A stretch of 64,000 bases of DNA from Octopus vulgaris (GCA_951406725.2 OX597826.1:9176001-9240000), one strand, 5' to 3'. Counted from the stretch's first letter, positions 13,204-26,176 are shown. Notes: generated by a model not told the origin, from the sequence alone. Numbers and translations are program-made.

Positions 13204-14440
13204 AATATATAGTTTAATACAGGCTAACACATTTGTTGTTGTGCCTTTGTCTGCTCATGCTCATCCAAATCCATCTCTTCTCTCTTCCATTTACATGCAG
13301 TTCATTCAGTTTTACATATACAGACATACATAGTCTCTAAAGAACAGAGCTTTGCTTTGTAAACACATGGTTACAGATTCACTCCCACTGTGAAGCCCCT
13401 TCAGAGCAAGCATCCTGTATTGTATCAGTAAGTTGACCAGTATTCTCCAAATAGGTTTTGAAAGAGGAAACTGTGTGGAAACTTGTATGTGTGTGTGTGT
13501 GTTTGGGCTACTAAAAATGCATCAGAAAATACTAGTGTAAATCACTTATGTTGAGTTACCTTCCTGATTGTCAACAGGTAATTTAACCATTTGATTAGTA
13601 CAGAGATAAGTTCTGGGTCTGTTGTGGTTGATGATAAAACCATCGAATGCAGTGCTCCAGCATGGCCATGATCCAGTACCTGAAACTAATAAAATAATAA
13701 AAGAATACAGCTTCATACTGTCATTTTCACAGTACTTGGGCTGATTCTTCAATTCTTCATCACAGCGCCCCAGCATGGCTGCAGTCCAATGACTTAAACA
13801 AGTAAAAGATATATAAAAAAGAAAGGAAGGAAAAAAGTAACACATGCACTGGTGAATAACAGACTTCCATACACACACACACACATAAACTAGATACACA
13901 GATACACATTTATATATACCAACGAACGTATATACATAAACCAGATACAGTGTCTCTATAAACAGGACCACAACATAACATAGACATGGTTAATCATCAC
14001 CACCACTCCGACCCTCACCGAGGAATTCCATTTGCACATGTTACTGCCACCCACTACATACACCTCTCACATGCATGAAAGTACAGTGTCCCCCTGAGAC
14101 CCATACCTACAGTCTGACTTGAAGACATACTCCCACACAATTGCCATACACTAACACACACACACACTTTCTCTCTTTCCTTTTCTCTCTTTTACTCAGT
14201 CTCTATCAAAACACTCTCTCTGTCTCACTCTACCTTTCACTATTGCACTCTCTAAGTTAATATTTACTCTGTAGTTCTCACTTAAGAGCAATGTTTAAAA
14301 AGTCAGCATAGGATTATGGCGATGGATTTAATACAATTACGTTTGGTTTCTCGGCAATTATTTATTTTAATCAACAGATTAAATCCTAGTATTTTAAATT
14401 TTGCTGTTATTTCCTATCTTTCATTAACAAAATAATCATA

Positions 14441-14804
14441 GACACAGGAGTGGGCTGTGTGGTAAGTAGCTTGCTTACCAACCACATGGCTCCGGGTTTA
14501 GTCCAACTTTTACTATAGCCTTGGGCCAATAAAAGCCTTGTGAGTGGATTTGGTAGATGGAAATTGAAAGAAGCCTGCCGTATATGTATATATGTGTCTG
14601 TGTCTGGGTTTGTCCTCCTACCATCACTTGATAACCAATGTAGGTGTGATTACATCCCCCTAACTTAGCAGTTCAGCAAAAGAGACTAATAGAATAAGTA
14701 CTGGGCTTACAAAGAATGTCCTAAGGTAAATTTTTTTTATGAAAGGCAGTGATCCAGCATGGCCACATTCAAATGACTGAAACAAATAAAAAAATAAAAG
14801 AATA
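14441..14804 (+). mobile_element. SINE family A
   Basis: Same head, body and tail as 11148-11538, with an internal deletion. Confidence 0.88.
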
Positions 14805-15338
14805 TTCAGAATGTTAATATTAGACTTTGATTAATGGACTCAAACCTCAGTATGTTACAGGTATGTTGTACAAATTATGCAAGAATTGTAACCATAAAGT
14901 TGAATCTGTTGAAGTGACAACTAAAATATATATCTTGGAAAGGTTATCATTATTTTCTTTTGCTTTTTTTGTCAGGTGACTCTGCTACAGTTAATTTTAC
15001 ATCATCTTCTTCGTTATCATCATTATAAGTTATTTACCATGTATGCTTGGGTTGGTCAGGCCTTCTTCAACACAGCATCTAGCAACAGGTTGCAATCCCT
15101 TGGCATCTTGTTGGATTTCAACTTCCAGAGATAAGCTTTCACCACTTCTCATGCTGTTGTCCTCTTCCATAGATTCCTTCCACTTGCATTGCTTGACATT
15201 TCATCATTGGACCTGTCAACCTTGTTATGCATCATGTGAATGTACCATTACAACTTACACTCTTGCACACCACTAGAAATGATTCCTTTTATTCCTGTTT
15301 TTTTCATAGATCATATGGGCCCCATCATTTGTTTACAC

Positions 15339-15993
15339 CAGTGGTTCTCAACCAGGGCCAATATGACCCTTGTGGGTCCATATAAATTTTTGTTATTAAA
15401 ATCTATCTGCAATGGAAATTGGTTACACTTCTACAATAGGTGCAAGCATGGCTGTGTGGTAAGAATCTTACTTCCTAACCACATGGTTCCAGCCAGGTTC
15501 AGTCCCACTGTGTGGAACCTTGAGCTAGTGTCTTTCACTATAGCTTCAGGCCAATCAAAGCCTTGTGAATGAATTTGGTATACAGAAACTGAAAGAAGTC
15601 TATCATATATATGTATGTGTGTCTTTGTGTTTGTCCCCCATGACAACAGGTGTTGGTGTGTTAACATCCCTGTAACTTAGCATTTTGACAAAAGAGACCA
15701 ATAGAATAAATACTATGCTTAAAAAATAATTACTGGTGTCAATTTGTTCAACTAAAAGTGTTCAAGGTTGTGCTCCAGCTGGGCTGCAGTCAAATGAATG
15801 AAACGAATAAAAGAATAAAAGATAAAAAGAATAATACACAAAATATTTTCGCAATTTTTTGATAGAATTCCCAATAATATTTAACTGTAAAAACATGATT
15901 TTTTTAAAGCATCAAATGGCTTGGAGGGTCCATATGAGTAAAATAGGAATTGAAGGGGTCCCTAGGTTAAAAAAACAGGGGCCCGAAACACTG
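15339..15993. mobile_element. hAT (Charlie-like) MITE with nested SINE A (15439-15833)
   Basis: Left end CAGTGGTTCTCAACC, degenerate right end ...aacaCTG, 8-bp TSD gtttacac (15331-38)/ctttacac (15994-16001). Confidence 0.7.
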
Positions 15994-16989
15994 CTTTACA
16001 CTATCATTATATATTCAATGGAGCATGCTTGCTTTAGTCCTTTCAAACCTTTACCATTTTGTTCCATTCAGTGTCAGCATTTTGCTACCATGCAGCATTC
16101 TATTGAGTAACAAATATCATTCAAAAAGAGATTCCCTTCGTTACAAGTACATGTAATAGATCACTCAGTGTTTTTTTACATCCATTCCTGCTCACTGATT
16201 ATTATGCATTTGGAATATTCTCCTTCACTGCTAATTGGGTTACCTACTTTGAAAAAGCTATCAGTTACGTCTAGGGAGCCTCCTAAGCATTAAGCATTTG
16301 AAAGAATTTATTTTTTGGGTGCTGTTGTACTAATTACTTCTGCATAACTATTACATGTCAAGTTTATTTTCTCTATCAACCTGACTGTGATCCCACTACA
16401 CATCCTGCACACCCCTGGTTTACATTATGTGCACAGTATGGAACTTCCGCATCTTAGGTTTCTAAGGTAAATTTCACAAGGTGAATCAAGACCACTTTCT
16501 GGTCCTGGGAAGGTAGGGGAGACTCCTTTCGAAATTCAAAGAGGCAAGGAGGTTATTCATTTGGGAGAATCTTAGCAAATAGTCACAAGGTCCTTCTTTG
16601 CATGCTCCTTTTCTACAAATTGTGTATAGCCATAACCATACTCACCTTTCTCAGGAGAGACATGTCTTTTATCTTGTTAACTAAAACTGTCAGTCACCTA
16701 ATCAACAGTAGGACAGGGTAGGGAAAGTTCAAGGAGCTATTACTTTCACAGTTTACTAAGTATAATAAGGTTTATTCTCTGGACGAAAAATAGATGGTAT
16801 GATGTCACATGGGTACTAGTTGTGGAGGGAGTACAAATTCTGGAAAGAAACTAAAGCAAATGTGCTTCATTGGATGTGTAATATTTATGTGCATGAATGA
16901 TGGAGCAGAAATTAGTTGAGAAAATATTAGTATAAGAGGAATTGGATGTAGTGCTGAAAGAGAGAGGGTTGTGGTGGTATGTACACATA

Positions 16990-17310
16990 ACTGGCACTTC
17001 ATTGCTTACAGCAATGAGGGTTCCAGCTGATCTGATCAACAGAACAGCCTGGCTCATGGAATTAATGTGCAAGTGGCTGAGCACTCCACGGACATGCTTA
17101 CCCTTAATGTAGTTCTTGGAGATTCAGCATGACAGAGTGGACAAGGCTGGGTTTTTGAATTACAGGTATAACTCATTTTTGCCAGCTGAGTGAACTGGGG
17201 CAACATGAAATAAAGTGTCTTGCTGAAGGACACAATGCATCACTGCTAATCGATCTCACAACCTTACAATCATAAGCTGAATACCATAACCACTTAGCCA
17301 TGTGCCTTCA
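16990..17310 (-). mobile_element. tRNA-derived SINE family C (head TGAAGGC(A/G)C(A/G)TGGCT...AGTGGTT)
   Basis: Minus strand has a tRNA-like head then tgtgtccttcagcaagacactttatttcatgttgc...cactcagctggcaaaaatgagt. Related copies lie near 11540-11750, 24140-24425, 39100-39430, 53310-53647 and 61375-61600. Confidence 0.8.
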
Positions 17311-17561
17311 TTATAACATTTATAAATCATGGGTAAAGAAGTGCCAGGAAGTCTCTGACTGGAAAGCAGAAGAGAGAAGATTGAGGAAGACATTGGCAGA
17401 AACCTGATCTTAGGACACTGAACCTCATTGGGAAGATTGTGATCTGTGGTGGAATGCTGTGGCAGGAGTTGACTTGTACAACCCATGCAAACAGAATAAT
17501 GGATGTAGAAATGATGATGCTCATGTGTGTATACATACATGTATGATTATGTATGTATGTG

Positions 17562-17601
<40 letters not shown>

Positions 17602-17629
17602 TTTTTACATTGGAATATGAAGTACATAT

Positions 17630-18117
17630 GATGTGTAAATATTGGGTTAAAAATCTCCTTGAATGGAAAAAATTGAATTATGACTATGGGTCTTGGATCC
17701 ACATCTTCTGAAAATGTAACATTGTACCAAAGAAATCCTTTGAATTTTACCATTTATTTCAGTGAATTTTGCCATTTATTCTCAGTGAGAATTGTATGTT
17801 GCTTACATCATAAGATTTTTGAAACTTTGAAAAACATGAAATAAATGATTTTTAAGAGTGGAATTCAAAGTAGGAAAAGCTATAAAATACGATTTATTTC
17901 ATAGTTGTTGAAGTTTCTATATTCTTAAGATGTAAGCAACATAAAATTCTCAGTGATAAAGAATAAAGCTTTTAAAATGAATGAAGAAATTCAAAGAATT
18001 GCTTTGGTACAATGGTAGAACATCTGTCCTGTTCACTGAAGACGTGGGTTTGAGTCCCATGGGCAACCTTTGACTTTTTCCATTCAAGGGATTTTTAAAC
18101 TCAATATTAACACACTA
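17630..18117. mobile_element. ~485-bp imperfect palindrome (foldback/MITE-like element)
   Basis: Arms align by reverse complement throughout, e.g. gagaattgtatgttgcttacatc vs gatgtaagcaacataaaattctc and ccttgaatggaaaaa vs tttttccattcaagg. The centre is at ~17855-17880. Confidence 0.85.
17997..18068 (+). pseudogene. tRNA-like unit inside the right arm of the foldback
   Basis: Acceptor-like ttgctt/gggcaa, A box tggtacaatgg, T-arm gtggg-tttgagt-cccat, T-run downstream. The anticodon arm is irregular. Confidence 0.5.
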
Positions 18118-18134
18118 TTATTATTTATAACTTT

Positions 18135-18410
18135 AAGGCAGTGAGCTGGCAGAACCATTTTGAATGCTGGACAAAATCCTAGCAGCATTTCATTCATCTT
18201 TACATTCTGAGTGCAAGTGCTACCAAAGTTAACTTGGCTTTCATTCTTTCGGGATTGATGAAACAAGTATCTGTCAGGTGCTGGGGTTGATGAAATAATT
18301 ACCCGTCAAATACTGAGATAGATGAAATAAGTACTGGTTGATTACTGGGGTTGGTGTGATCAACTTACTCTCCCCTCAAAAACTGCTGTCGCTCTGCCAC
18401 AGTTGTAAAC
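18135..18410 (+). mobile_element. SINE family B, degenerate
   Basis: Head taaggcagtgagctggcagaa, with the central segment duplicated. Confidence 0.75.
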
Positions 18411-18509
18411 TATTATTTATATATTTTGAGTTCCTGACAGTTTCACTGTTAGAAACAATTTATTTTATATCTCTTGAAGTTTCTAAATTCTTATGACAAA
18501 AGCAATATC

Positions 18510-18812
18510 TCTCTGTTTTATTTATTTATTTATCTATCTCTTTATTTATGGTGGCTGTCTCCTCCTTATATGGAGTCTGACCACCTCTTGAAACTACACC
18601 TTATATCCATCATGATGTCTGATGTGGCTTTTTAAACCAGACAATGTATTGAAAAGGCACCCACATAGACTGCATATCTGATTTGGACCACCAAGGGCTG
18701 CAGTTAAGTTCTGATCTTTGTGGATCTTAAAATGTCTTTTGAGGCCTCTCTTAGACTTGCAAACCTTATGGCATTGAAAGGTGTGCACAGAATAGTTTGT
18801 AGAAGTTTGTTT
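18510..18812 (-). mobile_element. LINE 3' fragment encoding two C2H2-type zinc fingers
   Basis: ORF 18594-18788 has CHKVCKSKRGLKRHFKIH and CSLCGCLFNTLSGLKSHIRHH, then a short 3' UTR and a (TAAA/TAGA)n tail. There is no TGEKP linker. Confidence 0.6.
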
Positions 18813-19209
18813 TACAAGTGAGATGACAAAAGGTCCAAGATACCTGGTGCCTGGTCATACTCAAGAAGACCCATTCCCTGCAGCAGAAGTGTTAAGACCG
18901 ATCCTTCTGGTTGTGTAAAGCACTCATAGCAGTGCCATGTTGTAAAAGCACCTGTGCAGTGCCACATAAAAGCACCCATGTGACAACACATAAAAGTACC
19001 TGTGCAGTAACATGTAAAAGCCCCCATGTGGTGCTGCATAAAATCATTCAGCACACTCTGTAAAGTGGTTGATGTTAGGAAGGGCATCCAGCCATAGAAA
19101 CCATGCCAAATCAGACTAGAGTCTGGTGCAACCCACCAGCTTGCCAGCTCTAGTCACACTGTCCAACCCATGCCAGCATGGACAATGGATGTTAAAGGAT
19201 GATGATGAT
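18812..19209 (+). mobile_element. RTE LINE 3' UTR copy with a ~24-bp tandem array
   Basis: About 5 units like gtgccacataaaagcacctgtgca, then the conserved gtggttgatgttaggaagggcatccagc...gatgatgat end. Confidence 0.8.
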
Positions 19210-19885
19210 ATATATATGATCAAGTGGTTAAGAACTGAATTTTGGTATCATGATGTCTGGGTTCAATCCTCTTGTGTGACATTTTGGGTGTCTTTTATCT
19301 TATTCTTAGTTTGCTACAAGCTTTGTGAATGAAACTGGGTAGACAGAAACTGTGGAAGCCAGCTGGGTGAACTCTAAGCTTTAATTCAAAGAACTGCTCT
19401 TGTTCACATTGCATCGAACTGATTCTGCCTGAGGATTCCATTAAATTAGAATACTCAGCCACTTCTACTTATAACCGGTGGGTAAACAGTTTGGTTGTAC
19501 ATCTGGAATACTTATTGCTGAGCCCTGTGGAGACCTATTTACTTTTATATTTGTGTGTGTGTGTGTGCCTGTATGTATAAACATACATATACACACATAT
19601 AAACAAATGTTTACATGTATATGCATACACGTGAGTGTATGTGTGTATGTATGCCTATATATATGTGTGTGTGTGTATATAAAGATGAATAGTTTTCACA
19701 TAAAGAAAAACATATATTACTTTCATTGGAAGTATGTGGAGTTCATTATTTGTTTTACCTTTCAGCTGACTGATGAGTACAGTCGCCCAAATAAGGTTGA
19801 TTGTATGAAACCCTATACTGTATGGTTATGTAATCTTGGTTATATAGTCTATAATCCTGCTTGTGAGTGTGTATATACATGTATG

Positions 19886-19924
<39 letters not shown>

Positions 19925-21339
19925 TTATGCCTGTATGTGGATGGATATATATATATATCCATCCACTTTTCAGACAAACACGTATGCATACATTGTCATG
20001 CATACACAAAGTATAAACATAATGCTTACTCTCACATAATTAGGGACACATACAAACACACATGCACACACACTTTCACAATATTAACATCCACATTAAC
20101 ACGCTTACACATATACATATGTTGGCACATACATGCAAGTTTATATGTACATGCTCTCATCCACACAATTGTAGATGCTACAAACATGTGTGCATTTACT
20201 CAGACACACATACACATATTGCACACACTCTCATTTACACATGCACATTTAGATACACACACACACACAAATTGTCATATCTTCTAGGAACCCAATGAGT
20301 GCTTAGATCCGGTTTCAGATGATGAGGAGACTGAGAGAATTAAGTCACCCCTTTATATAGGACACCAGTACTGTACTACTGCAGGCAAATTCTCAGATGT
20401 CTGGTTCCTGTTTCCCAAATAGTTTGGTAAATTGTTAGCAACATTGAGTAAAGTTTACATATGAGAAAATACAAGTAAAATACCAACAATAGTTTTGAAC
20501 TCATAACCCAGGAGCAAATATTATGTATGCTCCACCCTACCCTCTCTCTCTCTCTCCCCAACCCTTCTCTCCACCTCTTTTCCCATCTTCTTCACTGTCT
20601 TTATCTTTCATTTTCTCTCATTCTCTTTCTCTCCATCTCTCACTTCCCCCCTTTTCTCTCATTCACCAAAAGACATAATCCATCATTTTAACATCTTTTT
20701 TGTTTTTTTTGTTTCCCTAAGCTTTCATCTAAGATGTTGCTAAGCCTTGGTACTATCTGGCATCTCCTCTTACATATTCATCATTTGCCTCGTCTCATCC
20801 CTGCCAGTCCTCAACTTTTCAAATCTCATTTTAATTTCATCTTTCCATAGCTTCTAAATCCACTTCCATCATTTGCACTTTTTTTCTTTCCATGCTATCA
20901 TGTATGCATCAGATACTGTCATTACATTTACATATCAGTAGTCATCTCTCCTATAGACATCCAAACAATTCATAGCACTTCTACACCAGTGTTGGGTTAC
21001 CCTCATTAACAGTCAAAGTTATGCCTGCGTTCACTTAAGAAACTGTTTGCCAATGGGGTCCCTAAAGACCCGCTTACAACAAAAGCTCCATGTCCTATAA
21101 ATTTCTCAAACTGAATTGTATTTCCCAACACAAGGGTGTCCCATAGGTTGCCATGTACTTGCAATTTACTACTAATATTCAAATAATCCCTTACCATGCT
21201 TTACGGTTGATCTGCTAGGAATAGTAACCAAGTCTACTTTAGATCATGCTAGCATCTTAACAAGGGAAAGATTGATTGGAAATGCAGTTCTAAAATATAG
21301 AATAATGGACTTCTGATTGTGTTGTTCAACCTTTTATCA

Positions 21340-21715
21340 TTTATCTTTTACTTGCTTCAGTCATTGGACTATGCCCATTCTGGGGCATAGTTGAACAAAT
21401 CAGCTCCAGTACATCGTTTTATGTCTGGTACTTATTCTTTTGCTCTCGTTTGCTGAATTACTATATTATCGGATATAAACAAACCAACATCGGTTGTCGA
21501 GTTTTGATGGGTAACAAACACACACGTACACACACACATGCACAGACAAACACTTTAAGCATCCACACAGTTTTCATCTACCAAATTCACTCACAGGGTA
21601 TTGGTCAGGCCATGGCTATAATAGAAGACATTTACCCAAGGTGCTGCACCATGGGGTGGAACCCAAAACCACATGATTGCAAAGTAAACTTCTAAACCAC
21701 ACAGCCATGCCTGCA
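21340..21715 (-). mobile_element. SINE family A, older copy
   Basis: Reverse complement of the family A head, body and tail. Confidence 0.8.
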
Positions 21716-22077
21716 TTTAAATGTGTGTTGTTGTTTTTTTTAAGAAGATGGCATGGTGTGTAATTTGAGGAATATTTGGCTGTTATTTCTAGCACCTTGA
21801 GTGATTATATATGATTATGGAAAGATGCCATTGTTGGTTTGCCAGCTGATGGATAATAATTCTTAATGATTACAAATGTTGTTGCAGATGTTTGGCTCCA
21901 GATCTGCTTTGATGAGACAAACCTATGATCAAAGATGTTCTGACTACTATGATTATCCTCTTTTTGTGTATAGCCAAAACTACGTGGTCCAATGTGTTTT
22001 TTTTTTATTTTTCTTATGATAGTAAGGGTGTGATTTGATGGGTAGCATTCCATCTCTTATTTCTTTCAGATATAAGT

Positions 22078-22238
22078 GGCGCAGATCTGGCTGTGTGGTA
22101 AGAAGCTTGCTTCCCAACCACATGGTTCCAGGTTCAATCCTACTTCGTGGCACCTTGGGCAAGAGTCTTCTACTATAGCCTCAGGCCAACCAAAGTCTTG
22201 TGAGTGGGTTTGGTTGATAGAAACTGAAAGAAGCTTGT

Positions 22239-22275
<37 letters not shown>

Positions 22276-22490
22276 TTATGTGTGTATCTTTGTGTTTGTC
22301 CCCTCCACTATCACTTGACAACTGATGTTAGTGTGTTTATGTCCCTGTAACTTGGTGGTCTGGCAAAAGAGACCAATAGAATAAATACCAGGCTTACAAA
22401 GAATAAGTCCTGGGGTCAGTTTCTTTGACTAAACTAAAACCTTTAAGGTGGTGCTCCAGCATGACCTTAGTCAAATGACTGAAATAAGTG
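22078..22490 (+). mobile_element. SINE family A
   Basis: Full head-to-tail match. Confidence 0.9.
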
Positions 22491-22557
22491 TTCCAGAGAA
22501 TAGTGGAGGTAAAAGAATAGAAAATATTTAAAAATAAATAAATAAATAAATAATATA

Positions 22558-22985
22558 GGCGCAGGAGTGGCTGTGTGGTAAGTAGCTTGCTAACCGACCA
22601 CATGGTTCCGGGTTCAGTACCACTGCATGGCATCTTGGGCAAGTGTCTTCTACTATAGTCCCGGGCCGACCAATGCCTTGTGAGTGGATTTGGTAGACGG
22701 AAACTGAAAGAAGCTTGTCATATATATGTATATATATATATATGTGTGTATGTATATGTTTGTGTGTTTGTGTTTGTCCCCCTAGTATTGCTTGACAACC
22801 GATGCTGGTGTGTTTATGTCCCCAACACTTAGCGGTTCGTCAAAAGAGACCGATAGAATAAGTACTGGGCTTACAAAGAATAAGTCCCGGGGTCGATTTG
22901 CTCGACTAAAAGGCGGTGCTCCAGCATGGCCGCAGTCAAATGACTGAAACAAGTAAAAGAGTAAAAAAAAAAAAAAAAAAGAGTA
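22558..22985 (+). mobile_element. SINE family A, young CpG-retaining copy
   Basis: ggcgcaggagtggctgtgtggtaag ... tgactgaaacaagtaaaagagtaaa, with many intact CpGs. Confidence 0.93.
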
Positions 22986-23384
22986 ACCGATTGAAGTTCA
23001 TTAGAATTAAACATTAGAAGAAATTTTGTTGGATGAGGTTTCAGATTATGTGAAATCTGTACCCATTAACATAACACACTATGCATCAACAGTGCATTTC
23101 ATACTGACTGGGTAACCAAAAGTAGAAGAAGAGTACATTGGCCAGCTTGGTATACTCGCACATATATTTATTAACACGCACACACACAGAGGTTTTCTTT
23201 TTATAGTTTCCAAGAAAAAAGAAAAAAACTGCATACATTTTTGTGTCGAGATCCGGTGATTTCAACCATCAAATGCAACGTTGGCAAGGTTTCGTGAATA
23301 TATTATTGACTGATTTGTTAAAATGGTTGACAAAAAATAAGGAATAAAATAAAAGGAAAAAAATATATAAATTCATCTGACAAT

Positions 23385-24100
23385 ATCATCATCATCATCA
23401 TCATCATCATCATTGTTTAACGTCCATTTTCCATGCTAGCATGGGTTGGACGGTTCGACCAGGGTCTGGGAAGCCAGGAAGCTGCACCAGGCTCCAGTCT
23501 GATCTGGCAGTGTTTTTACAGCTGGATGCCCTTCCTAATGCCAACCGCTCCGTGAGGGTAGTGGGTGCTTTTTACATGCCACCAGCACAGGGGCCAGAGA
23601 AGGCTAGCAACATCCATGATCAGTTGGGTCTTTTTACGTGCCACTGGCACGGACACCAGTCAAGGCGGCGCTGGCATCGGCTACGTGTGGATGGTGCTTT
23701 TAACATGCCACGGGCACAGGTAACACAACTACAATTTCCATTTGATTTTGATGTACTTGACTCAATAGGTTTCCTCCAGCACAGTAGGTCACTCTACGAT
23801 CCAAGGTTAGCACAGCAGGCCATCCTGCAAGCCATGATCTCACTTCATTTGTCGGGTCTTTGCAGTCACAGCACATCTCCAGAAGTCTTGGTTTTTTGTT
23901 ATTGCCTCTGTGAGGCCCAACGTTCGAAGTTCATGCTTGACCACCTCATCCCATGTCTTCCTGGGTCTACCTCTACCTTGGATTCCTTCAACTGTTTCGG
24001 AGTGGCACTTCTTCACACATCTCTCCTCATCCAGCCGTAGTACGTGATCATACCAACGCAAACGTCGCTCCTGCACGCCACATCCAATGTTCTTATGTCC
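23385..24100 (-). mobile_element. RTE-clade LINE: ORF C-terminus, full 3' UTR and (GAT)n tail
   Basis: ORF 23840-24076 QERRLRWYDHVLR...VEGIQGRGRPRKTWDEVVKHELRTLGL..W is a typical RTE C-terminus, contiguous with the widespread 3' UTR. Confidence 0.9.
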
Positions 24101-24139
24101 AACATATATATATGTATATATATGTATATTCTTTTGTGA

Positions 24140-24425
24140 AAATGCATGGCTCAGTGGTTACAGCATTGGGCTCACTATCATTAAGTAGTGAGTTCAATTT
24201 CTGGACTGGGAAATGCAGTAGAAATGAGTTGCAATGTCACTAGTGCCCAGCTGTATCGACATTTGCCTTTCCTTTGGATAACATCGGTGGCGTGGAGAAG
24301 GGAGGCTGTTTATGCATGGGTGACTGCTGGTCTTCCATAAACAACCTTGCTCAGACTTGTGCCTGGGAGGGTAACTTTCTAGGTGCAATCTCTTGGTCAT
24401 TTATGACCGAAGGGGGTCTTTACCC
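24140..24425 (+). mobile_element. SINE family C variant
   Basis: tggctcagtggtta...gagttcaattt head; its tail is shared with 39100-39430 and 53310-53647. Confidence 0.75.
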
Positions 24426-24444
24426 TTTACCCTTATATTTTCTT

Positions 24445-24656
24445 TTATTCTTCTATTTGTTTCAGTCTTTTGACTGTGACCATACTGGGGCACTACCTTG
24501 AAGGGCTTAAGTCAAATGAATCAACCCCAGGACTTATTTCTTAAGCCTAGTACTTATTCTGTAAGTCCCTTTTGCTGAACTGCAAGGTTACAGGGATGTA
24601 ACCACACCAACACCAAATGGGGGGGGGGGCAAACACAGACACAAAGATATACGTAC

Positions 24657-24695
<39 letters not shown>

Positions 24696-24843
24696 ACAGG
24701 CTTCTTTCAGTTTCTCTCTACCAAATCCACTCACAAGGCTTTGGTTGGCCCAAAGCTATAGAGGAAGACACTTGCCCAAGATGCCATGCAGTGGAACTGA
24801 ACCAGGAACCATGTTGGTGGGAAGCAATCTTCTTACCACCCAC
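24445..24843 (-). mobile_element. SINE family A
   Basis: Reverse complement match. Confidence 0.87.
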
Positions 24844-25667
24844 AATAACACAGATGGGTTGAAGTACACACTGTTAATGCACTGGTGTGCTATCCCTGAC
24901 TCTATGTTGGTGCTTTTGCTATTTCAATACGTGATTCTATCAGATCCTGAAAATTTTATTATATATTGTTTCCAAGCAGTTTCCACCTATTAGACTCTCT
25001 CACAAGGAATGGTTGGCTCAGAGCTATAATAGAAAACATTTGCCCAAAGTGACATGTGGTGGGACTAACACCAAATTTGTTCAAAAATGTCAAATTTCTG
25101 AGATGTGCTTTTGTGGCAACCTCCTACAATGCTAAACTGTTCCATGGAAAGAAAAAAGTCTGCTTCTAATTTACAACATTCTAATTTTTGGAGGTAGAGG
25201 TATATTTGGTGACAAATGTATTTAATTCAGATCAAACTGGTGAGAATTGCTACAAATGCAAAGAATTCTTAATTATTCAAGAAATGAACTAACACACAGA
25301 ATGAACTCTTCTGTCATAAATCTATTATTGTACAATGATGACCAGATTCACCTTCGTTTTTTCTCTGTAGCCTAACATTATATGCTGTCATTTGAAATCT
25401 TAAAAAAGCAAGCAGCTTTGCTTTACTCTGTATTTTAGCAGCGTAAAACATTATTGGATAAATTTACACTGAAACAGTTTTACATCTCACTTATCTTCTA
25501 ATTTTGCATAAAAAAATTGTTAATTTTCCTCTCATGAAAAATTATGTTTATTTTTCATGGTTTAATTGCTCTTTTTTGCTGATTTGCATTACTTTGAATT
25601 ATGATCATCATTATACTCAGGACAGACAAGTCTACACTATTGGTAAAAAGTAGGCAGCAAAGGAATG

Positions 25668-25701
<34 letters not shown>

Positions 25702-25704
<3 letters not shown>

Positions 25705-26122
25705 GCAGGAATGGCTGTGTGGTAAGTAGCTTGCTTCCCACCAACATGGTTCCGGGTTCAGTCCCACTGCATGGCTCTTTGGGCAAGTATCTTCTACTAT
25801 AGCCTCAAGGTGACCAAAGCCTTGTGAGTGGATTTGGTAGACGGAAACTGAAAAAAGCTTGGTGTATATATGTGCGTACATGTGTGTGTGTGTATGTTTG
25901 TGTGTCTGTGTTTGTCCTCCCACCATCGCTTGACAACCAATGCTGGTGTGTTTACGTCACTGTAACTTAGCAGTGTTTACGTCTTCATAACTTAGCTGTT
26001 CAGTAAAAGACCAATAAGAATAAATATTAAGCTTACAAAGAATGTCTTGGGGTCAATTTCTTCGACTAAAAGGCAGTGCTCCAGCATGGCTGCAGTCAAA
26101 TGACTGAAATGGATAAAAGAAT
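25702..26122 (+). mobile_element. SINE family A between (TA)n tracts
   Basis: Full match, with a ~24-bp internal duplication (gtgtttacgtc...taacttagc). Confidence 0.9.
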
Positions 26123-26176
26123 ATATATATATATATATATATATCAAAATTTAGGGAATAGAGTAGGTGAAATCCA

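Noticed and set aside
14824-14866. Plus-strand CAG|GTATGT donor after TLINGLKPQYVT
   Set aside because: No polypyrimidine tract at the acceptor, which abuts a SINE tail.
16640-16785. Strong minus-strand donor AAG|GTGAGT with an upstream acceptor
   Set aside because: Stops in all frames, and the surrounding sequence looks like decayed repeat; no further support.
19478-20287. 269-aa ORF
   Set aside because: Low-complexity TA/CA/TG read-through with no domain.
23441-24040. 199-aa plus-strand ORF
   Set aside because: Antisense to the RTE ORF end and its 3' UTR.
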